A stretch of 64,000 nt of DNA, from contig CBDBKE010000002.1 of NCBI GenBank assembly GCA_965206645.1, forward strand, positions 416,001 through 480,000, given 5' to 3'. Both the position numbers and the translations under genes were made by a program. Below, piece by piece: positions 11,060-21,014 of the stretch. The DNA is from Terriglobia bacterium. Lineage in GTDB: Bacteria > Acidobacteriota > Terriglobia > JAJPHL01 > JAPKYU01. The stretch's first letter is position 1; each line of letters begins with the position of its first letter. The notes under the pieces are model-generated. The model saw only the letters and a list, made by a program, of their open reading frames with translations. It had not been told where the DNA came from and searched no databases.

Positions 11060-11940
11060 TTACATCGCAGCCTGGGGCTGTGAAACTGGTTTCAGTGGCA
11101 GGGGAGGGCTATAGGCCCCCGGCGCCGGGGGCCTATAGCCGAGCGCCGAGTGCGGCCGCACCGTGTTGTATTGCACCCTCCACTGTTCAATCACCACCTG
11201 TGCCTCCTTCAACGAGTAGAAGATCTCTCCATTCAGGCATTCGTCCCGCAGCTTCCCATTGAAACTCTCGCAGTACCCGTTCTCCCAGGGACTGCCCGGT
11301 TCGATGTACAGTGTCCCGGTCCCTAGATTTGCCAACCACTGGCGCAGTTGTTTGGCGATGAACTCGGGACCATTGTCGGATCGAATCTGTTCCGGTATCC
11401 CTCGCCACAACATCACGTCCGACAACGCCTCAATGATTTGTTGGCTGCCCATTCTCCGCTCCACCCGGATCGCCAGGCATTCCCGCGTGTACTCATCCAG
11501 CAAGGTCAGCAGCCGCAGCGTTCTCCCCTCGTGCGTTCTGGCACTCATGAAGTCGTAGCTCCACACGTGGTTCGGTCGCTCCGGCCTCAGTCGTACACAG
11601 GAACCGTCGTTCAGCCACAGCCGTCCTCGCGGCCTTTGTTTTTGCGGCACTTTCAGCCCTTCCCGCCGCCAAATCCGCTGCACCCGGTCCTTGCCCACTT
11701 CCCAGCCCGCACTCCGCAGCAACGCTGTGATCCTCCGGTAGCCATATCGCCCGTACTTCGCTCCCAGGGCAATGATCGCTCGGGTCAGAGCATCCTCGTC
11801 CACCCGATGAATCGGCTCGTATCGTTGTGTCCCTCGCCATTGCCCCAGCAGCCGGCAGGCATGCCGTTCCGACAACCCGTGTTGCTCCCACGCACGCTCC
11901 ACCGCACAACGCCGCCGCTCAGGGCTCAGAAGTTTCCCTG
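11060..11940 (-). CDS. IS3 transposase OrfB (DDE), overlapping orfA in a shifted frame
   Basis: YGYRRI, NHVWSYDF, RSDNGPEF, PWENGYCESFNGKLRDE, RPHSALGY. The 5' coordinate is approximate. Confidence 0.93.
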
Positions 11941-12204
11941 TGCCACATCCCGCAGCACCTGCTTCTCCAGAGAAAGCTCCGCTACCAACCGCTTCAGCCG
12001 CGTGTTTTCCTTCTCCAACTCCTTTAGCCGTTTTGCCTGCACCACCTTCAGCCCGCCGTATTCCTTCCGCCACCGGTAGTAGGTTTGGGTGTGGATTCCA
12101 GCTTCTTTGCAGGCTTGGGGCGCAGTCTTCCCGTTCCCCATCTGCACTTCTATCTGCCGTAGCACCGCTACAATCTGCTCCGGCTTGTAACTCCTTGTCG
12201 GCAT
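11926..12204 (-). CDS. IS3 transposase OrfA
   Basis: YKPEQIVAVLRQ...HTQTYYRWRKEYGG...LKELEKENTRLKRLVAEL (HTH plus leucine zipper). Confidence 0.93.
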   Translation of the reverse strand: MPTRSYKPEQIVAVLRQIEVQMGNGKTAPQACKEAGIHTQTYYRWRKEYGGLKVVQAKRLKELEKENTRLKRLVAELSLEKQVLRDVAQGNF

Positions 12205-13353
12205 GACCTCACTTCCTCCTCAAGTGGATTCTCTCTCTTTCCACTTGGTACAAAAAGTGCAGGTCAGGTCAGCCCCATGCGGCCCGGGAGGTGTTCGCCA
12301 ACCTGTATGGCGATTGCAAGGACAAAGTCACCTTGCTCAGCGCCATGTTGCGCCAGATTGGGATTGAGTCGCATTACGTGCTGGTTCACAACAGCCGGGG
12401 CGTGGTAGTGCCGCACTTTCCCTCGGCGCTGAGTTTCAACCATGTCATTTTGGCCATCCAATTGCCCGAGGATGTGCCCCCCGACGTATACGCCGTGAAA
12501 AATCATGACCGGCTGGGGCAGATGTTGTTCTTCGACCCGACCGACAGCCTCACCCCTCTGGGCTATCTGCCCCCGACACTCCAGGCCAGCTACGGGTTGC
12601 TGGTCACCAAGGACGGTGGTGAGCTGGTGGAATTGCCCTTGCTAGAACCCGCAACTAATCGGTTGCTCCGAACAGCCAAGATGGAACTGAGCCCCACCGG
12701 CAGGCTGGACGGCGCGGTTAGAGAGGTTCGCTGGGGTGCACCCGCTGCGTCGCGGCGCGCCCATTTACTGGGAGCGCAGGTCTCCGAGCGCAGAAAGGTA
12801 CTGGAGAATTTCCTGAGCAACTTCCTCGGCGGCTTTGCGTTGCAAGATGCAGAAGAAGAAAATCTGGAAGATTTCGACAAGAGCTTGGTGCTCCGCTACC
12901 GTTTTACGGCCACCAACTATGCCCAGGCAGCGGGGGACTTGCTGCTGGTCCGGCCATGCGTCCTGGGTCAAAAGAGTTGGGACTTGCTGGAGGGCGAGGA
13001 ACGGAAGCATCCGGTAGAGTTCTCCAACACGACTCTGGAGAGTGACAGCTACGAGATTGCGCTGCCTGAGGGCTATGAGGTAGACGAGCTGCCCCCTGCC
13101 GTGGAAATTGACTCTCCCCTGGGCGCATACCGGAGCCAGGTGGACGTCGAGGGCAACGTCCTGCGTTACCGCCGCACCTACGAGATTAGGGATGTACTGG
13201 TTGGCAGCGACCGCCTGGATGAGCTGAAAAAGTTCTTCCGGCGGGTTGCTGCCGATGAACGCAACGTCGCCGTCCTGAAGCGCTCCGCACCTTAGATTGT
13301 AGAGGAGCAACGCGCGAAACCGCCGTCGCTTGTGCGAAGAGATCCAGCTGTAC

Positions 13354-14625
13354 TCAGGCGCGGACAAGCTGGAAGTGGCTGATCTCCGGCGGGCACTGGA
13401 CGCGGATCGGCAAGCCTACAAACCCCACGCCTCGGTTCACGTACAGGTAGTGGTGGCCTTCCCGGTAGAGGCCGCTCAGGTAGCGGAACATGGCCGAGCC
13501 CAGCGCCAGAGGGCGCCCGTTGTGCTCGGCGATCACGATTTGTCCGCCGCCGTGCGTGTGGCCGGCCAGCGTCAGGGAAATGCCGAATTCAGGAGCCTCG
13601 TAAAAGACGTGCGGATGATGAACCAGCAGAATACGGGGCGCCTCGCCCTGGTATCCCTCGAGCGTCTGCCGCAGCGCCGCGCGCGCCATCCGACTCAGGT
13701 AGAGGTTGGGATTACCGCGTGGAAAGCCGGTCCAGTCCAGCCCTAGCAGCAACAACTCCTCACCGCCCTGCCGGAGGCCCTCGCGCTGATTGCGGAGCAT
13801 GCGCACCCCCACCGCTTCCATGCCCGCAATGAGGCGCAGGCAGCCCGGATAGGCCGGACGGCGGCGGTCGGCGTAGTAGTCATGGTTGCCCAGGATGCCA
13901 AAAATGCCCAGCGGGGCGCGCAGGCGGCTGAGTTCCTGCTGCGCGACAGGCAACAGGTCAAGGCTGGAATCTAGGATGTCGCCGGTGATGACCACCAGGT
14001 CCGAGCGCAGATTGTTGGCCTCCTCAATTGCGCGACGCAACTCCCGCTCGCGAATGTAGGCACCCGCATGCAGGTCCGAAAGCTGGGTGATAGTCAGCCC
14101 GTCGAAGGCCCGTGGCAAATTCCTCACCGGGATCTTTACCAGTGGCGAGACTTCCAGGTCCTCGGAGCCATAGATCGCTCTGGCGGAGAATGCAAGAAGC
14201 ACTGGCGGGATTACGGCGGCGGCGGAAGCCAGAAAATTTCGCCGGGCCACGACGGTCGCCGGGGCCGGTTGGCTGCGCCGGAACAGCCAGCGGACCCCGT
14301 GAAGGATTCCGCCTACCAGCTCAGCAGGGGAGGCAAGCAGCAGGAAGGCCAACAGCATAGCCACCCAGGCATAGAAGGGGTAAATGAACCAGCGCAGGGC
14401 TGGCTGGGAAAGATGGTGCAGGCCCACGCCCGCTATCCAAAGGATCACCAGGGCCAGATACGGGGCGTTCATCAACAGGAACAGGCTTCGTACTGCCCAG
14501 ATCCAGCGGGTTGCCGCATCCCCCGAGCGCCAGCGCAGCACCAGGCGGCGCGCTTTACAGTAGAGGTAATAGTTCAGTCCGGCTAGAAAGAAACCCAGGA
14601 TGCCGGCAAACAAAACAAACCGCAT
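13354..14625 (-). CDS. Membrane-anchored metallophosphoesterase (YkuE/YaeI-like)
   Basis: N-terminal TM helices; DLH, TGD, GNHD, HHP and GHTHGGG motifs. Confidence 0.92.
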   Translation of the reverse strand: MRFVLFAGILGFFLAGLNYYLYCKARRLVLRWRSGDAATRWIWAVRSLFLLMNAPYLALVILWIAGVGLHHLSQPALRWFIYPFYAWVAMLLAFLLLASPAELVGGILHGVRWLFRRSQPAPATVVARRNFLASAAAVIPPVLLAFSARAIYGSEDLEVSPLVKIPVRNLPRAFDGLTITQLSDLHAGAYIRERELRRAIEEANNLRSDLVVITGDILDSSLDLLPVAQQELSRLRAPLGIFGILGNHDYYADRRRPAYPGCLRLIAGMEAVGVRMLRNQREGLRQGGEELLLLGLDWTGFPRGNPNLYLSRMARAALRQTLEGYQGEAPRILLVHHPHVFYEAPEFGISLTLAGHTHGGGQIVIAEHNGRPLALGSAMFRYLSGLYREGHHYLYVNRGVGFVGLPIRVQCPPEISHFQLVRA

Positions 14626-14685
14626 ACTGAATCAGCATACTTATCTGGGCGCTGGTCTGGCAAGAGCAGAACCAACCGCGTCGCC

Positions 14686-15666
14686 CTACCCGGGCCGATT
14701 CCGTGACGCATGCCAGCGCCAGGCGTGTTCTACAAGAGAATCCAACTCGGGGTAGCGGGGCCGCCACCCTAGCACCTGGGCGGCACGGCTCGCATCGGCC
14801 ACCAGGGCCGGCGGGTCGCCCGGACGCCGGCCGGTTTCCCGCACCGGGAAGTGCCGCCCACTGACTCGCTCGACTGCTTGGATCACTTCCCGCACGGAGT
14901 GCCCTTGGCCCGTGCCCAGGTTCAGCGCCATGCTGCTGCCACCGTTTGCGAGATAGCGTAACGCCCGCACGTGGGCCTCGGCTAAGTCCGTCACGTGGAC
15001 GTAATCGCGGATGGCGGTTCCGTCTGGGGTTGGGTAGTCGGTTCCGAAAATTTCCACAAAAGGCCGCTGGCCCAGTGCGGCCTGGATCACCAGTGGAATC
15101 AGGTGCGTCTCGGGTTCATGCTCTCCGCCGATCTCCCCTTCCGGATCCGCCGCCGCTGCGTTGAAGTAGCGCAGCGATATCCAGTTCAGCCCGTATGCCT
15201 GGCCATACCAGTCGAGCACGCGCTCGACAAACCATTTGGATTCTCCGTAAGGGTTCACCGGGCGCTGTGGATGATCCTCGCGTAGGGGAACGGATTCGGG
15301 AAGCCCGTAGCTCGCACAGCTGGAGGAGAAGACAATGTGCCTGACGCCGTTGTCGAGCATGGCTTCAAGCAGATTCAGCGTATTGGCAACATTGTTGCGG
15401 AAGTATTTTCTGGGGTTGGCGACCGACTCGGACACATCCGCGTGAGCAGCAAAGTGAATCACTGCTTCCACGCGATATTCCTGCAGCAACTCCTGCAGCA
15501 AGCTCGTATTGGCTAGATCCCCGACCACCAGCGGACTCCAGCGCACCGCCCAGCGATGTCCGATCTCCAGGTTATCCAGCACGACCGGTTGGAAGCCGGA
15601 GCGGGCCAACACTTTCGTCGTGTGGCTTCCGATGTAACCCGCCCCGCCTGTGACCAGAATACGCAT
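14686..15666 (-). CDS. galE: UDP-glucose 4-epimerase
   Basis: MRILVTGGAGYIGSH, FSSS, YGESK (YxxxK), LRYFNAA, DGTAIRDYVHV. Confidence 0.95.
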   Translation of the reverse strand: MRILVTGGAGYIGSHTTKVLARSGFQPVVLDNLEIGHRWAVRWSPLVVGDLANTSLLQELLQEYRVEAVIHFAAHADVSESVANPRKYFRNNVANTLNLLEAMLDNGVRHIVFSSSCASYGLPESVPLREDHPQRPVNPYGESKWFVERVLDWYGQAYGLNWISLRYFNAAAADPEGEIGGEHEPETHLIPLVIQAALGQRPFVEIFGTDYPTPDGTAIRDYVHVTDLAEAHVRALRYLANGGSSMALNLGTGQGHSVREVIQAVERVSGRHFPVRETGRRPGDPPALVADASRAAQVLGWRPRYPELDSLVEHAWRWHASRNRPG

Positions 15667-15899
15667 CCAAGCACCTACGAGAGAAGGAGTCCGCACTTTA
15701 CTACAATCCGTTGCTTACGAAGCACCAAGTCCCCCGTCCAGCCCAAATTTTATGAGGTCCCAGTCACATGGACATTCATGATCAATCCTACTTCCTGGGT
15801 TTAACGAAAAGTAGTTAGAGGTCGTGAAAAGTTATTAATTGAGCTTCATCTATGTTTACAAGATTCCGAGGGGGAGAACTCCTCCAAGCTGAAGCGGAC

Positions 15900-16472
15900 T
15901 GACCTGCCCCGGGTTGTTGGTCCACTTTTCATGTTAGTCCATAAGCCGTTGCAGCCGGGTGGAGCGGAGCGGAACCCGGCGGTAACGGCAAGATCGCTTC
16001 CGGGGCTGGCGGCCGGTAGCCCAACGCGCTGTGCGGGCGAACTTTGTTATACTCCCGTCGCCATCCCTCAATCAACACCTTCGCTTCCCGCAAGGTGTAG
16101 AAGATCTCTCCATTGAGAAACTCGTCTCGAAACTTCCCGTTCAACGATTCTACATACCCGTTTTCCCATGGGCTCCCCGGCTCGATGAACAAGGTCTTTA
16201 CCCCTACCCGCTCCAGCCAGTTCCGAACCAACCGTGCTGTGAACTCGGACCCATTGTCCGAGCGAATGTAATCGGGAACTCCTCGCTCCACAAACAAGGC
16301 TGCCAGCCGTTCCAAGACACTCATCGAATCAGCTCGCCGTCCTACGTTGATCGCCAAACATTCTCGCGTGTACTCATCCACCACCGTCAACATCTTCAGG
16401 GGACGACCGTCCCGGGTTCGATCTGCCACAAAATCGTGCGCCCAGACATGATCCCGCCAGCACGGTCTTAAC
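15900..16472 (-). mobile_element. IS3 family right-end fragment (orfB C-terminus), truncated by IS1380
   Basis: Terminus TGACCTGCCCCGG at 15900; HVWAHDF, RSDNGSEF, PWENGYVES, RPHSALGY. Confidence 0.88.
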
Positions 16473-18129
16473 CCGGATTTCCGTTTTAAAACTCCAAAGC
16501 TAACCTTATACTGACCTCCGACGCCAATATTTATGCCGGTTCCAGCGTCAATACAGCTTCCGGAGGTAGAAACCGAGTGGGTGAGAGGCAAAATCAGCCC
16601 TTTCAGTTCTCTTTCAATGCTGCATTGAAGGTCGATTTCCAGGGGTCGCGGGTTACTTCCGACGGCGGCCTGATCCTCGTGCGCGAATCAGACGAACATT
16701 TGGGATTCGGAGAACTCATCAAACAGCACTTGGCCGATCCTCGGAGAAAGAACACACGGTTGCCCTTTGCTGACCTCCTGCGCCAGTCCGTGTACAGCCG
16801 CTTGGCGGGTTACGAAGATATGAATGACGCGGAACGGCTCTCTCAAGATCCGACGTTCCGGCTGATCGGTTCAGAAAAGATCTGGGAGCGAGGAGCCGCG
16901 TTGACTTCCCGGCTGCAATCGTTCGAGACAGAACTACTGACGCAAGATGAGAACCTGGCTGGTTTGGCAGCGATCAACCGGGATTTAATCGCCAGGGCGG
17001 AAGCTATGGATTCCCCGCAACGGGTGGTGCTGGACATGGACTCGACCGAGATTCCGGTCTACGGCCAGCAGGAGCAGAGTGCCTACAACGGGCATTTCGA
17101 GTCGAGCTGCTATCACCCGTTGTTGCTGTTCAATCGCGAGGGTGACTGTCTGGCGGCCAAGCTGCGACCGGGCAACGTGCACAGCGCCGAGGACTGGAAA
17201 GAACTTCTCCTGCCGGAGATCGAGCGGCAGCAGCAGCTGGGCAAGGAAGTGGTGTTTCGTGCCGACGCGGCCTTTGCCAAGCCGGAGATTTACGAGGCTC
17301 TGGAGGAGCGGGAGGTAAAGTACGCCATCCGCATCCCGGCTAACGACAGCCTACAGCGGGACATTGAGGAGTTGCTGACTCGGCCGGTGGGGAGACCCAG
17401 CAAGAAGCCGTTGGTGGAGTTCAAGGGCTTTCTATACCAAGCGGCCAGTTGGAAGACAGCCCGCAGGGTGGTGGCCAAGGTGGAGCATCATCCAGGGGAG
17501 CTGTTCCCGCGAGTAGGGTTTATCGTTACGAACTTGACTCTGCCAAGTCGGGCGGTGATGCGGTTTTACAACAAGCGGGGGACAGCGGAGCAGTGGATCA
17601 AAGAAGGAAAGCAAGCAGTGAAGATGACGCGGCTCAGTTGTCACCGGTTCCGGTCGAACGAGGTCCGGCTGTGGCTCACCATCATTGCCTATAATCTCGG
17701 CAACCTGTGGCGGCGACTGGTGCTGCCACAGAGAATCGGGAACTGGTCCCTGACGAGCTTGCAACAGCGGTTGGTGAAAACGGGAGGACGGCTGGTGAAA
17801 CATGCGCGATATTACTGGCTTTTGCTGGCCGAAGGGCACTTGAGCCGGAGGCTGTTCAGCAGCATGCTGCGAACGATCTCGGCACTGCCGCTGCCAGACG
17901 GCTAGCGAACCGGGAGAGAGGGTAATTTTAGGTGCTCAGAAGTGGTCGGGCCGGATAAGTGTCAGCGGCGCGGCAGGCTGGGCAGGCGAACCCCGCACAG
18001 CGACTCCGAAGAACAGCCAAAATGTGCCGCACTACCACCTCAAAGAGGCCAGAGCTGTTTGCGGTTGACACGACAGGGTACGAGGCATAGCTTTTCGGGT
18101 GAAGAGGAAGCTCAAAATGGAAATTCCGG
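16473..18129 (+). mobile_element. IS1380 family element, ~1657 bp
   Basis: IRs CCGGATTTCCGTTTT / AAAATGGAAATTCCGG. Flanks TTAAC and TTCAC do not match, and both neighbours are truncated. Confidence 0.92.
16577..17905 (+). CDS. IS1380 DDE transposase
   Basis: TSDGGL, AGYEDMND, LDMDSTE, CYHPLL, RADAAF, FYNKRGTAEQWIKEGK. Confidence 0.93.
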   Translation: MGERQNQPFQFSFNAALKVDFQGSRVTSDGGLILVRESDEHLGFGELIKQHLADPRRKNTRLPFADLLRQSVYSRLAGYEDMNDAERLSQDPTFRLIGSEKIWERGAALTSRLQSFETELLTQDENLAGLAAINRDLIARAEAMDSPQRVVLDMDSTEIPVYGQQEQSAYNGHFESSCYHPLLLFNREGDCLAAKLRPGNVHSAEDWKELLLPEIERQQQLGKEVVFRADAAFAKPEIYEALEEREVKYAIRIPANDSLQRDIEELLTRPVGRPSKKPLVEFKGFLYQAASWKTARRVVAKVEHHPGELFPRVGFIVTNLTLPSRAVMRFYNKRGTAEQWIKEGKQAVKMTRLSCHRFRSNEVRLWLTIIAYNLGNLWRRLVLPQRIGNWSLTSLQQRLVKTGGRLVKHARYYWLLLAEGHLSRRLFSSMLRTISALPLPDG

Positions 18130-19675
18130 TTCACCACGTCTTCTTGTACCTCAATCTTGCCGACGTGCGGGATCTGGGGTCGGACGAGGACTCGGTACTT
18201 GAAAGCCGGCTCTCCGAATCGAGCCGTGATATCGCGAATCTGCAAAGTGTAGTCGCCTTCCCGCTCGAAAGTGTACAGCACTCTTGCCTGGATCAGCTTG
18301 ACCCAATCGTCTCCGTCCCCGGCAACTTTTCGGAAATAGTTGGTCAGCATCTCCTCTCCGTTGGCGTCCATAACCGACAAATGCGGGTTGAAGACGGGAG
18401 TCGCCGCTTCGGGGGTCTCGAGCTCGAATGTCAACGTCGCTTTCGCTGGAACTTTGAACTTGAAAGTGTCCACGTCGCCCGGACGCTCGATTGCACCTCA
18501 AGCAGAAACGGAAGGGTTACCTCCGAAGCCTGGTCCGCGGTTTCATTGGGCTCTGTTTCTGTCAAGACGCTGTAATCTGTGGGCACGTGAACGGCATCCG
18601 TGCCCGAGGACGAGTCGCTCGCAGCCACCCTCCCCGTCGCCGCTGAGGACTTCCCCTCGCCCGAGCCGTGTCCCGTTGCGCTCTCGACAACGGTCCTCGC
18701 TTGCAGTGCCTGCAAACGATCGGGCTCAAGTTTTCTCCTAAAGGGGCTCCGCACCTCATCGATACCGTTCGGAGATGGTGGTGTGAGACGCTCTTCTTCC
18801 CTGGGAAAATGCAATGAACCCGGCTGGCCGACACAGAGCCGATAAGAATAGTCCGGCCCACCCAAACCTTGGAATGAGGTGACTGCCACAAAATAGCGGC
18901 CTGGCGTCTCAAATGTGTGGGTCAGACGAGCATCGGGCGCGAATGCGAGACGCAGCGGCCGCTCAGGGTCATACCAGCTTCCGCCTTCTCGGTACAGAGT
19001 GAACTGTGCTGTGTCAGCAGCGTTATGAGTGGTGTTGGAAACAGCGTGGAAGGTCAGCTCCTGACCCACGGCCACGTCGAACGAGTAGAAATCCCGTTCG
19101 GCCATTTCGGAGATCTTCCCGATGACAACGGCCGGAAATTCAAGGTGCTGCGCATCCTGGGTCCTGCTGTGGTCACTGGCAATTTCGAGCGTCACGGGCC
19201 GGGCGTCAACCAGGAACTCTAATGCGTTCGAGAGCCCGTTGGATGTTACCAGCCGGAACGAGTGCTTTCCCCTGTTGGCGTCCGGGTCGACCTCGATTTT
19301 CAAAAACGCCAGATGGCCCAGGACGGGCTTTTTTGCTCCGGTCTTTTCATTTGGTTTGCTGTCGAGCTCGATCTGCTCGACCTTTTCGACCCTGCCAGTC
19401 GCACCCTGAGTTGCGAACCAGACTGCATAGGCGCCTTCGAGGTTTTTCCCCCGGACTTGTGCTTCGAAGACCGAGCCTTGCTGGGCGGCCACAGGAATGA
19501 CGGATATCACCTCTGGAGTCGTCAAGGGCTCTGCTGTCTTTTGAGCCTGTAGCTGGCAATTAAGACAGAGGAAGAACCCAAGAGTCAGGGCACCAAGCGT
19601 ATTGCCCAACCTCGAAACTCGACCGTCTCTGCTCATCTGGACGATCCATTCGCCCTGTGGCTTTGGCTGCGGCAC
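18130..19675 (-). pseudogene. Secreted pre-peptidase C-terminal (PPC) domain protein, frameshifted (~18497) and truncated by IS1380
   Basis: Signal peptide; GKISEMAERDFYSF and ETEPNE motifs; restoring one G gives LEGAIERPGDVDTFKF. Confidence 0.75.
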
Positions 19676-19819
19676 GCACAGGGCCGCCCAGCGACTTCGT
19701 GTTTACAAGTCCCGGCCTAAATGCCTCTTGTGCCAGGCCTTCGGTCCCGTAAGGCTCGCTGCAGAACCTCCGTGCTCCGCTCAGCCCACACGCCCACCCG
19801 GCGTCTGTTAACCAGACTT

Positions 19820-19935
19820 AGGCAGAATCCACAAAATGCCCTCCAGTACCCGTCGGTTGTCGGCTCAAGGCCGGTCCCCCCGGATTCTTCCGTAGCCGAG
19901 GGAGCAACGGCTCGATCTTTTCCCCCAGATTTTCG
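19820..19935 (-). mobile_element. IS5-family (IS427-like) transposase N-terminal remnant
   Basis: Reverse strand reads KIEPLLPRLRKNPGG...ADNRRVLEGILWIL, degraded. Confidence 0.5.
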
Positions 19936-20199
19936 ATTTCAAGTTTCCTGCGGCTCCAGAGTCTATGCTCAGCCGCCTGCCGCGTCAAGCTCGGAGCCCC
20001 AGACCTCTTTGGGGGGGGCGGCAGGGCTCGTTTTGGGACATCCAGCGCACTTGCCCGGGCCGTTTTTCGCCTCTCAACTGCCTCGCTGCCAATACTTTCT
20101 CAAGCTGCAGTAATTCTCTGAAACGGCAAGAGTTGGCTCAGACTTGGCAGATAGGTCCCCACCAGTCGGTTAGCGTCTACCGATGCTGCCACGCCGCCC

Positions 20200-20398
20200 A
20201 CTTGGATGTATAACGCCCTTATCGGAAACTGACCTACTACCCTAGCGGGCGTAGAGGGTCAGTTTCCGGTAAGCCGACTATACGGCCAAGTGAAACCGGG
20301 ATTGATAAACGCTAGGCCCTTGTGGGGACCTATCCGACATCGCTGTTGTAAAAGAGGGACGGTCCTTGGAAGGCAGCGGGGCCACGTTGCGCCTAGCC
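20200..20398 (+). repeat. Modular recombination-site-like repeat, copy 1 (site F - spacer S1 - inverted site R - module M)
   Basis: ACTTGGATGTATAACGCCCTTATCGGAAACT (20200-20230), 30-bp spacer, AGTTTCCGGTAAGCCGACTATACGGCCAAGT (20261-20291); homologous to the copies at 25217, 27865, 61930 and 63524. Confidence 0.85.
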
Positions 20399-20584
20399 CC
20401 CTCATGACACACCACTAGCGCGCCGATCGGCAGCTCGCGGTTCAATGGAAGGATCGCTCGGGGAACACGTTTCGACGTGCAGGCCGACTTCTCTTTCAGT
20501 TCTTCGCTGATCTTACTGGTGCAAGAAATAAGCGTTGTAGTTGTAGCACCGGCGTAGCACCGACAGCCTTTCTGCCAGTAAGAG

Positions 20585-20660
20585 TGGTGAGCACGGCAGG
20601 AGTCGAACCTGCAACCTGAGGATTAAGAGTCCCCTGCTCTGCCAGCTGAGCTACGTGCCC
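20585..20660 (-). tRNA. tRNA-Lys(CTT)
   Basis: Reverse complement GGGCACGTAGCTCAGCTGGCAGAGCAGGGGACTCTTAATCCTCAGGTTGCAGGTTCGACTCCTGCCGTGCTCACCA. Confidence 0.96.
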
Positions 20661-20678
20661 TTCGTCGTTCCTAACATC

Positions 20679-20878
20679 TTACATCAATAATACAATTTGT
20701 TCTGCACGTTCTAGCCCTGCGGGAATCGGCTCGAGAATGCTGGTGTCAGTTTTGGTGTCAGTTGGACCCTCAGGTTTGCCCGCCTGGATAGCCCGATTAA
20801 TCTCCGCCAACCGCTCCACGGCTGCCAGTTGGTAAGTGGGAGTGAGGTGAGCGTACCGGCAGGTCATGGCGATGGTCT
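20679..20878 (-). pseudogene. Tyrosine integrase C-terminal remnant truncated by IS21
   Basis: KTIAMTCRYAHL (catalytic Tyr box) then LAAVERL; arm-type direct repeat ACTGACACCAAAACTGACACCA; ends 19 bp before the tRNA-Lys 5' end. Confidence 0.75.
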
Positions 20879-21014
20879 TGTTATGAACGCCGGAGCAATA
20901 ATAGACCAGGGAGCGCCGCGCAAGCGGCGGTTTCTGGCGGTGCAAAATTAGACCAGCGCAGTTCGATTCCATCAAACATTGTGATTCTGATGTGTTTTGT
21001 GAAACACCGGAGGT

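Larger units (their letters stand above)
11022..12271 (-). mobile_element. IS3 family (IS407-like), complete, 1250 bp, 4-bp TSD GCCC
   Basis: IRs TGACCAGACCGATTTTTTGTACCAA / TGACCTGACCTGCACTTTTTGTACCAA; TSD at 11018-11021 and 12272-12275; orfA and orfB present. Confidence 0.96.
10032..13295 (+). pseudogene. Second DUF3857/transglutaminase protein, interrupted by IS3 at 11022-12271
   Basis: Removing the IS and one GCCC copy restores IGIGGYQPHAAREVFANLYGDCKDK (TGase Cys motif), followed by FNHVILAI and FFDPT. Confidence 0.92.

Noticed and set aside
20200-20291. Chromosomal dif site or classical integron attC
   Set aside because: Multiple copies, apparent 5-bp spacer, no TTATGTTAAAT-type arm, no GTTRRRY core and no intI. 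Kept only as dif-like.
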